Shown one piece after another: positions 11,362 through 18,582 of a stretch of 32,000 nucleotides of DNA (the stretch's first letter is position 1; every line of letters starts with the position of its first letter). The stretch comes from Mycolicibacterium smegmatis (lineage in GTDB: Bacteria; Actinomycetota; Actinomycetes; Mycobacteriales; Mycobacteriaceae): contig NZ_LN831039.1 of NCBI RefSeq assembly GCF_001457595.1, forward strand, positions 6,210,001 through 6,242,000. Reading direction: 5' to 3'. Position numbers and translations under genes: made by a program. Under the pieces are notes generated by a model. That model did no database searches. It worked only from the letters and a program-made list of their open reading frames with translations, and was not told the DNA's origin.

Positions 11362-12726
11362 GTGGACGACGTACCAGGCGGGAAATGGGCACTCCCCGAT
11401 AGCGTCCGAGAAACGCTGGAGAGTCCGGCGATCGAACGAATCCCAGATTGGACAGGCGAGGGTAATTCTTATTACAAGCTCACAAATGAGTCTGACCTAC
11501 GCGCATTGACGGAGATGGTCGCCGCAGGAGATGAACGATTTCAGAACGGAAGTTACCTCGACGGTGGCTTGATGAGTAAGGCCACGGAGATTCTTGACGC
11601 TTCTTCTAATCCCGGCCTTGCTGCTACGCATGAATTCGACGGTGTGATGCAGGATATCTTCAAGGCAGCCGGGCGCGATGAGATAGTGAATCACGAGCTA
11701 CTAACCGGGAACTTCAGCTACAACACTCTGGGAGAACCGAGGGATCTGGTACCTGGCGACAACGGGGCGAAGTTTCTCGACAATCTGACCCGCTATCACT
11801 GGGAGGACAACGGCGTCGCCGCACGTACCCTCACAGATTGGATCGACGATTCCGCGAACGGTCGCGACCCTGTGTTAAATAGACTTGCCGGCGAATCCGC
11901 TCACCGGATCGCGGATTATTTGGGTGACAATCGAGACCAACTGATGCGTGGTATCGGAACTCCCGGCACCTGGAACCCTGATCTCATCAGGGGATACGCC
12001 GAGGCCTTGGCCCCCTACCAAGAATCGATTATCGGCGACCGTCGCGAGGCGCCACCGGGATTCGATCTTCTCGACGGGCAGCGACAAGGCGACTACTCGC
12101 AAGCCAGAAATATCTTCGAGATCCTCAACGGCGATCCCGAGGCCGCGAAGTATTTCAATTCGCGGGCGTATGAGAAAATCCTTGAATACCAGCAGTCGAC
12201 CAGCGAACTCATTGCGGAGGGAAGACCTCCAAATGGTAGCGATTTAGGACACGCAGGCCGAATGCTGGGCGTGCTCAATGAGGCAGTCGATAGAGCAGGA
12301 ATAGACACGGGATACGACCTTCGGAAAGACGCGATCGGCCTCGCTATCGGCGAAACCGTGGGCAAAGTTCCAATACTTGGCTCTTTGTCGGAGGGGTATT
12401 TGACCGATCTCCTCCTACCGCAGAAAACCGGTGATACTCCGACGTATCCTCTGACCCAGGTTCAGAACCTGAATCAATGGGTTGTGGCTTCCGCTCTGTT
12501 TGAATCAGGGTTTCCTTACCCAGAGGACGCTCCGATCAATGAATTCGTCGGAACGGATGGCAAGCTTCAGACACCGGAGTACATTCTCGAGCACCAGCCC
12601 GGCTTGATCGAAGACTACTATCAGGCACTGTTTGATTATTCAGACAGCAATAAGTGGGGAACCGTGTTCTCTTCGTTCGACCGCGAATTCGATCAAGGCA
12701 CTGGTTCGGAGAGGGGCCGAAAGTAA
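11362..12726 (+). CDS. Conserved mycobacterial-type hypothetical protein, probably 5'-truncated by the IS1096 junction (possible 'TPR repeat region-containing' family; family not verified)
   Basis: 454-aa ORF; frame is open upstream through the IS end without an ATG/GTG start, and the sequence upstream of the GTG reads as plausible protein (IPLEKNVPGPFADLGVDDVPGGKW). Homologous by eye to the next ORF. Confidence 0.65.
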   Translation: MDDVPGGKWALPDSVRETLESPAIERIPDWTGEGNSYYKLTNESDLRALTEMVAAGDERFQNGSYLDGGLMSKATEILDASSNPGLAATHEFDGVMQDIFKAAGRDEIVNHELLTGNFSYNTLGEPRDLVPGDNGAKFLDNLTRYHWEDNGVAARTLTDWIDDSANGRDPVLNRLAGESAHRIADYLGDNRDQLMRGIGTPGTWNPDLIRGYAEALAPYQESIIGDRREAPPGFDLLDGQRQGDYSQARNIFEILNGDPEAAKYFNSRAYEKILEYQQSTSELIAEGRPPNGSDLGHAGRMLGVLNEAVDRAGIDTGYDLRKDAIGLAIGETVGKVPILGSLSEGYLTDLLLPQKTGDTPTYPLTQVQNLNQWVVASALFESGFPYPEDAPINEFVGTDGKLQTPEYILEHQPGLIEDYYQALFDYSDSNKWGTVFSSFDREFDQGTGSERGRK

Positions 12727-13689
12727 GTGGCGCAGAGAGCAAGTCGTAGATGGGTGGCGGCGCTCACGGCCACAGCCGCGATGCTGTGCTCCTGCAGCTC
12801 GGATACGCCGGACCTACTGACCCCGGTAACTCCGGAGAAATCCCACGACCGCATCACCAACGCGGGCGGCAGCATCTTCCTCGAAGAGATAAGTACCCAC
12901 AAATGGCCCGATGGTGGCAGAGAGGCTGCGTCGTACTTCGATTGGATCCCGCAAGACGCGCGATCGCCCGACCGGGCGACCTCTCAGCAGGCCGGCGAGA
13001 CTGCGCATACTCTTGCAGTCTTCCTTGCCGACCACCGGCAGGCGTTGGAAGCAGTCGGTAACGGCCTGCTCGGGTTACGGAAGGCTCCGGTCGGAAAGGC
13101 CAACCCCCAATTGGTGGCTGCATATGGAGCAGCACTTACCCCTTATCTACCAGCGATCGCGGGGTCTGACGGTTCGCCAGGATTTCCTCCCTTCCAGCAC
13201 TCGACGCCTGAAGATTTCGCCAGAGCACGCAACATTTTCGCGGTGATCGCAACGAATACAGAAGCCGGACGTGAGTTCGTTGAGCGTGCGAGCGAGGATG
13301 CCGAGCGCATCGCTGCAACGGCTGCTCATGACGCGTGTGAACCAGAATCCGCCAAGCACAATGTCGACTCAGCCGTCTTGCGGACAGCCGGCATACTTGC
13401 CGGACTTGCAGACAGCATGAGCAATGAAGGAAGCGGCCCCGAGCGGCATCAAATTCTGGATGACATCAGCTACACAATGGCAGCCGCATGCGTCTCCGCC
13501 GACCCGATGCCCCCCACCAGCCAGATCGCGGACTACATGGAATCCGGGAGATTGTTGACGCCTGACGAGGTGCTTCAGCAACGAGACGAGGGTTTGGAGG
13601 ATTACTACCAAAGCCTGCGGGATTATCTCGCTACCCGCGACATCGAAATCGAGCCATACCTGGAGTGGTACGAAAAGGCGAGAGGGTGA
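12727..13689 (+). CDS. Putative lipoprotein, paralog of the C-terminal two thirds of the upstream ORF
   Basis: Signal peptide and Cys: MAQRASRRWVAALTATAAMLCSCSSD; GTG immediately follows the upstream TAA; shared motifs AGETAH, NPQLVAAYGAALTPY, ARNIFAVI, GLEDYYQSLRDY. Confidence 0.75.
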   Translation: MAQRASRRWVAALTATAAMLCSCSSDTPDLLTPVTPEKSHDRITNAGGSIFLEEISTHKWPDGGREAASYFDWIPQDARSPDRATSQQAGETAHTLAVFLADHRQALEAVGNGLLGLRKAPVGKANPQLVAAYGAALTPYLPAIAGSDGSPGFPPFQHSTPEDFARARNIFAVIATNTEAGREFVERASEDAERIAATAAHDACEPESAKHNVDSAVLRTAGILAGLADSMSNEGSGPERHQILDDISYTMAAACVSADPMPPTSQIADYMESGRLLTPDEVLQQRDEGLEDYYQSLRDYLATRDIEIEPYLEWYEKARG

Positions 13690-14096
13690 TTGGTCCCTAT
13701 ATCTCGGCGTCCGCCAGAGAGACTCAAGCCGGAGTCGAGCCGCACAACGACTCCCCTTACGTCGGAATATCAGTGCGGCAGGTCGAACTGACTCAACGCG
13801 ACCCTCGCCTCGCTGCCGATGCTTCTGCGCCCTCACAGGGGCCCCAGAAGGGACCAGCCCCGGCCCCTCAAGTCGACGTCTTCGGCAACTGGTTCATCAC
13901 TGCGTCAAGCAGCGTCGGATGGGGACCGATCACTCGGCCCGTCCTCGACAACTTCCCCACCCCGGAAATCGAGAAGCGCTGCAGCGACTCCATGCCGCAC
14001 AACGAGGCTCAACGCCGGGAGATGATGACCGGGTACAAAGATCAACCTCCGCCCCACGGCGACGCAGTACCAGGCTGGCCTCTCAGGAGCGAGTGA
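13686..14096 (+). CDS. Small hypothetical protein of unknown family
   Basis: GTG start at 13686 overlaps the upstream TGA (GTGA) with a purine-rich GGCGAGAGG upstream; third codon positions are G/C-biased in the second half. Confidence 0.5.
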   Translation: MIGPYISASARETQAGVEPHNDSPYVGISVRQVELTQRDPRLAADASAPSQGPQKGPAPAPQVDVFGNWFITASSSVGWGPITRPVLDNFPTPEIEKRCSDSMPHNEAQRREMMTGYKDQPPPHGDAVPGWPLRSE

Positions 14097-14154
14097 CTGG
14101 ACGCAGTATGCGAGTGGCCCCGCGCCAGTAGACATGCCATGCAAAGCTGCACGC

Positions 14155-14520
14155 ATGACAGATGTGCGTGAAAAAGGCTTCCAGGTTCTGCGTGAACTTC
14201 TCCCTGATCTCCCCCTCGACGGATTCCAGCGTGACGGGTCGTTCGGCGACGAACTGCTGGAGATCGGGCTCGACAACGTCTTCGGACGGTTGTGGAGCCG
14301 CGAGGGCCTGAGCCGCCGGGACCGCAGCCTGGTGACCATGGGCATCCTGATCGCCCTGCGCGCCACCGACGAGTTCGCCTCACACGTCAAGATCGCCCGC
14401 AACAACGGCCTCACCGAACAGGAGATCGCCGAGGTCATCTACCACTCCAGCGGCTACGCCGGATTCCCGAACGCCAACACGGCGATGAAAGTGGCCAAAG
14501 GGGTACTCGAGGGCCCGTGA
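14155..14520 (+). CDS. Carboxymuconolactone decarboxylase (CMD) family protein
   Basis: SLVTMGILIALRATDEFASHVKIARNNGLTEQEIAEVIYHSSGYAGFPNANTAM matches the CMD fold pattern. Confidence 0.85.
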   Translation: MTDVREKGFQVLRELLPDLPLDGFQRDGSFGDELLEIGLDNVFGRLWSREGLSRRDRSLVTMGILIALRATDEFASHVKIARNNGLTEQEIAEVIYHSSGYAGFPNANTAMKVAKGVLEGP

Positions 14521-15392
14521 GCCCTGTTACCCACCACCGCGTCCTCGTCGACGGGGTTGACACGTTCTACCGCACCGCCGGCCCCGTCGACGCCCCGATA
14601 GTGCTGCTCCCCCACGGATATCCGGCGTCGTCGTATGTCTACCGCAACCTCATGGCCGCGCTCGGCGGCCGGTGGCGCCTGATCGCTCCGGACCTACCCG
14701 GATTCGGTTACAGCGCAACCCCTTCCGCGCAGGAATTCGCCTACACGTTCGCCGCCTACAGTGCGTTTCTGCAGAGCTTCGTCGAGACGCTCGGGCTCGG
14801 CCGGTACGTCATCTGGCTGCACGACTACGGCTCGCAGTTCGGCTTCCAGCTGGCACTGGCGAAACCCGAGCGCGTGGCGGGCCTGATCATCCAGAACGGC
14901 GACATCTACGAGGACGCCTTCGGCCCCAAATACGACTTCCTCAAGGAGTCGTGGAACAACCCCGGCCCCGCCGCGCGCCGTCGGATCGCACAGCACGTGA
15001 CGCTGCACGGCTTCGAGACCGAGTTCCGCGGCGAGCTGCCAGATGACGTCGCCGAGCGCATCAGCCCTGACCTGTGGACCCTGCACTGGTCGCTGATGTC
15101 GACACCAGAGCGCGTCGCCAACCTGATCCGGCTCCTGGAGGACCAACCGACGACGCTGGGCTGGTTCGCAGCCGAACAGGCGTATCTACGCGAGCAGCAC
15201 CCGCGGGTCCTGATCGTGTGGGGCCCGCACGACGGCTACATGCCCGAAGCATCGGCGCGGGCGTACCTGCGGGACCTTCCGGACGCGGACATCCACCTGC
15301 TCGGCGGAGGGCACTGGCTGTTGGAGACCCACCTCGACGAGGTGGTGCCACTGATCGACGCGTTCCTGGCCGACGTCTACGCGCGGCGCTGA
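14517..15392 (+). CDS. Alpha/beta hydrolase, haloalkane dehalogenase/epoxide hydrolase-like (Asp-nucleophile type)
   Basis: LLPHGYPASSYVYRNLM, APDLPGFGYS, VIWLHDYGSQFG (Asp at nucleophile elbow), VWGPHDGYMP, GGGHWLLETH; GTGA overlap with upstream CDS. Confidence 0.85.
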   Translation: MSPVTHHRVLVDGVDTFYRTAGPVDAPIVLLPHGYPASSYVYRNLMAALGGRWRLIAPDLPGFGYSATPSAQEFAYTFAAYSAFLQSFVETLGLGRYVIWLHDYGSQFGFQLALAKPERVAGLIIQNGDIYEDAFGPKYDFLKESWNNPGPAARRRIAQHVTLHGFETEFRGELPDDVAERISPDLWTLHWSLMSTPERVANLIRLLEDQPTTLGWFAAEQAYLREQHPRVLIVWGPHDGYMPEASARAYLRDLPDADIHLLGGGHWLLETHLDEVVPLIDAFLADVYARR

Positions 15393-15478
15393 GAGCCCTG
15401 TCTCGCCGAAATCAACGGAAATGTCGTTGCGCGACGCCAGACACGACAATTGCGTCGGTTTCGGCGCGAAGGAAAGAG

Positions 15479-15551
15479 AGCCGCCTGGGGGAATCGAACC
15501 CCCGACCTATTCATTACGAGTGAATCGCTCTACCGACTGAGCTAAGGCGGC
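15479..15551 (-). tRNA. tRNA-Thr (anticodon CGT)
   Basis: Reverse complement GCCGCCTTAGCTCAGTCGGTAGAGCGATTCACTCGTAATGAATAGGTCGGGGGTTCGATTCCCCCAGGCGGCT: 7-bp acceptor stem, D arm, anticodon loop CTCGTAA, TTCGATT T-loop. Confidence 0.95.
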
Positions 15552-15614
15552 GTGCCCGTGCAGGCGGGACGAGTCTACGGCAGCGCCCGCCGTGCAACCA
15601 AAACGGTCCCGGCG

Positions 15615-16823
15615 TCAGCCCCGCAGCGCCTGTCCGATGGTGGCGACCATGGCGTCGACGGCGAACTTCGGCTTGACGTTGACGGCCAGGGCCTCGCGGC
15701 ATTCCAGCACGGCCTCGATGCAGCGCAGCAGACGGTCCGGGGCGGCGTGGGCGGCCAGCGCGGCGACCTTCTCGGCCATGTCCGGATGGTTCGCGGTGAC
15801 GCTGCCGACCCCCGAGGACACCAGCAGCGCGTCGCGGAAGTAGGTCGCCAGGTCGATCAGGGCCCGGTCCAGCGCGTCACGCGAGGCCCGGGTCTGGCGT
15901 GACTTCTGCCGCTTCTCCAGCTCCTTGAGCGCTCCGGCGGCCCCACGCATGGTGCCCGCGGTGCCCTTACCGGTGCCGCCCGCGCCGAGCGCGGTCTTGA
16001 GTTCCTCGGTCTCGTTCTCGTTGCGGTCGGCGGTCAGCGCGACGGCCTCGGCCTCCGCGACGGCCACCATCTCCTCGGCGGCCGCGTACGCCCGCGACGG
16101 GGTCGCGGCATCACGGGCCAGCCCGAGCGCCCGTTTGCGGCGCTCCCTGGCCTCAGGATCGGTCGCCAGGCGCCGGGCCCGGCCGACGTGGCCACCGCAC
16201 ACCGACGCCGCCCAGCGCGCGTCCTCGGGCGGCAACCCGTCGCCGGTGATCAGCACGTCGGCGATGGCGTCGATCGACGGCGTCGTCAGCGCGATGTGCC
16301 GGCACCGCGAACGCAGCGTGATCGCGATGTCCTCGGGATCCACCGACGGCGCGCACAACAGGAACACCGTCGACGGCGGCGGCTCCTCGACCACCTTGAG
16401 CAGCGCGTTGGCCGCACCTTCGGTGAGCCGGTCGGCGTCCTCGATCACCACGACCTGCCAGCGGCCCGTCCCGGGCCGCCGTGACGCGATCTGGACGATC
16501 TCGCGCATCTCCTTGACCGCGATGGACAGCCCCTCGGGCACGATGCGGCGCACATCGGCGTGCGTGCCTGCCATCGTCGTCGTGCAGGCACGGCACTCGC
16601 CGCACCCGGGAACCCCGTCGGACGTGCACTGCAACGCGGCCGCGAAACACAGCGCAGCAACCGACCGGCCGGACCCCGGCGGGCCCGTGATCAGCCACGC
16701 GTGGGTCATCGTGCCGGTTGCGACACCACTGTGGGCGGAATCACCTCTGGCAGCCGCCGCGGCCGCCACCAGCTCCTGTTCCACCGCGTGCTGACCCACC
16801 AGACGCGAAAAGACACCGCTCAT
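15615..16823 (-). CDS. holB: DNA polymerase III subunit delta'
   Basis: MSGVFSRLVGQ..., WLITGPPGSGRS P-loop-like, C-x-(n)-C zinc module CTSDGVPGCGECRACTT, VVIEDADRLTEGAANALLKVVEEPPPSTVFLLCA. Confidence 0.9.
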   Translation of the reverse strand: MSGVFSRLVGQHAVEQELVAAAAAARGDSAHSGVATGTMTHAWLITGPPGSGRSVAALCFAAALQCTSDGVPGCGECRACTTTMAGTHADVRRIVPEGLSIAVKEMREIVQIASRRPGTGRWQVVVIEDADRLTEGAANALLKVVEEPPPSTVFLLCAPSVDPEDIAITLRSRCRHIALTTPSIDAIADVLITGDGLPPEDARWAASVCGGHVGRARRLATDPEARERRKRALGLARDAATPSRAYAAAEEMVAVAEAEAVALTADRNENETEELKTALGAGGTGKGTAGTMRGAAGALKELEKRQKSRQTRASRDALDRALIDLATYFRDALLVSSGVGSVTANHPDMAEKVAALAAHAAPDRLLRCIEAVLECREALAVNVKPKFAVDAMVATIGQALRG

Positions 16824-16904
16824 CGTCCACAACAGTAATGGTCACGCCGACACAAATGGCTGGCAGCGGCGCTCAAGGTCCGCGCGGCCCGATACGGTGA
16901 ACAG

Positions 16905-18551
16905 GTGACCACGGAGCCCATCCCCATCGCGCGAATCGGTGCATTCGCCCGGTGGGTGGCGCGCACCCCGTGGCCGGTGTTCACGCTGGGCATGTTGCAG
17001 GCCGACATCATCGGCGCGCTGTTCGTGCTCGGCTTCCTGCGGTTCGGGCTACCGCCCGAGGATCGCATCCAGTTGCAGGACCTTCCGGCGTTCAACCTCG
17101 CGATCTTCCTGGCCTACCTGTTCGTGTCGTTCACCGTCGGCGCGTACCTGGCCCTGCGCCTGCTGATCCCGGTGATCCGCTGGCAGCGCCGCGAGACGGT
17201 GCTGTCCGAGGGTGATCCGGGCATCACCGAGCTGGCGCGCGCCCGCGCGCTGAAGATGCCCTTCTACCGGACGCTGATCAGCGTCACCAACTGGTGCCTG
17301 GGCTCGATCGTGTTCATCGTCGCCAGCTGGCCCGTGGCGAGCCATTCGGCGCCCGTCGTCGCGGTGGCCACCGCGCTGGGCGCGACGGCCACGGCGATCA
17401 TCGGCTACCTGCAGTCCGAGCGTGTGCTCCGCCCGGTCGCGGTGGCCGCGCTGCGCGGCGGCGTGCCGGAGAACTTCCGCGCGCCCGGCGTGATCCTGCG
17501 CCAGGTGCTCACGTGGGTGCTGTCGACGGGTGTGCCGCTGCTGGCGATCATCCTGGCGCTGGTGGCCAGCAAGTTCTCGATCCTGACCGCGTCGGCGGAC
17601 CGGCTCAACACCCCGATCCTGCTGCTGGCCGTCGCGGCGCTGGTGATCGGGATGTCCAGCACGGTCCTGGTCGCGATGTCGATCGCCGATCCGCTGCGCC
17701 AGCTGCGCTGGGCGCTCGGTGAGGTGCAGCGCGGCAACTACAACGCCCATATGCAGATCTACGACGCCAGCGAGCTGGGCCTGCTGCAGGCCGGGTTCAA
17801 CGACATGGTGCGCGACCTGGCCGAACGGCAACGCCTGCGCGACCTGTTCGGCCGCTATGTCGGCGAGGACGTCGCGCGTCGCGCGCTGGAACGCGGCACG
17901 GAGCTGGGCGGGCAGGAACGCGACGTCGCGGTGCTGTTCGTGGACCTGGTGGGCTCCACCCACCTGGCGTCGACAATTCCCGCGGCCGACGTGGTGAACC
18001 TGCTCAACGAGTTCTTCCGCGTCATCGTCGACACCGTCAACAAGCACGGCGGATTCGTCAACAAGTTCCAGGGTGACGCGGCGCTGGCGATCTTCGGCGC
18101 CCCCATCGAACATCCCGACGCCTCCGGCGGCGCGCTCGCGGCGTCGCGCGAGCTGCACGACGAGCTCATCAAGGTGCTGGGCACCGAGACCGAGTTCGGG
18201 ATCGGTGTGTCGGCGGGACGCGCGATCGCCGGCCACATCGGCGCCAAGGCCCGGTTCGAGTACACCGTGATCGGCGACCCGGTCAACGAGGCCGCGCGCC
18301 TGACCGAGCTGGCCAAGCTCGAAGAGGGCCACGTGCTCGCATCCGCGATCGCGGTCAGCGGGGCGCTGGATTCCGAGGCGCTGTGCTGGGACGTCGGCGA
18401 GATCGTCGAACTGCGCGGACGCACCGTCCCCACCCAGTTGGCGCGGCCCATCAACCTGGCTCGCCCAGAGGATCTGGACGGCTCGGCCAACGGGCAGTCC
18501 ACCGACAGCTCGCCGGCCGAAACGGCATTCCAGCAGGAAAAGGTCGAGTAA
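16905..18551 (+). CDS. Membrane adenylate cyclase with HAMP-like region and class III cyclase domain (Rv3645-like)
   Basis: N-terminal TM helices; LRQLRWALGEVQRGNYNAHMQI (HAMP); VAVLFVDLVGSTHLAS...GDAALAIFGAP...GVSAGRAIAGHIGAKARFEYTVIGDPVNEAARL. Confidence 0.9.
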   Translation: MTTEPIPIARIGAFARWVARTPWPVFTLGMLQADIIGALFVLGFLRFGLPPEDRIQLQDLPAFNLAIFLAYLFVSFTVGAYLALRLLIPVIRWQRRETVLSEGDPGITELARARALKMPFYRTLISVTNWCLGSIVFIVASWPVASHSAPVVAVATALGATATAIIGYLQSERVLRPVAVAALRGGVPENFRAPGVILRQVLTWVLSTGVPLLAIILALVASKFSILTASADRLNTPILLLAVAALVIGMSSTVLVAMSIADPLRQLRWALGEVQRGNYNAHMQIYDASELGLLQAGFNDMVRDLAERQRLRDLFGRYVGEDVARRALERGTELGGQERDVAVLFVDLVGSTHLASTIPAADVVNLLNEFFRVIVDTVNKHGGFVNKFQGDAALAIFGAPIEHPDASGGALAASRELHDELIKVLGTETEFGIGVSAGRAIAGHIGAKARFEYTVIGDPVNEAARLTELAKLEEGHVLASAIAVSGALDSEALCWDVGEIVELRGRTVPTQLARPINLARPEDLDGSANGQSTDSSPAETAFQQEKVE

Positions 18552-18582
18552 ACCCCTGCCGGAATGCAGTTTCGGCGGAAAC

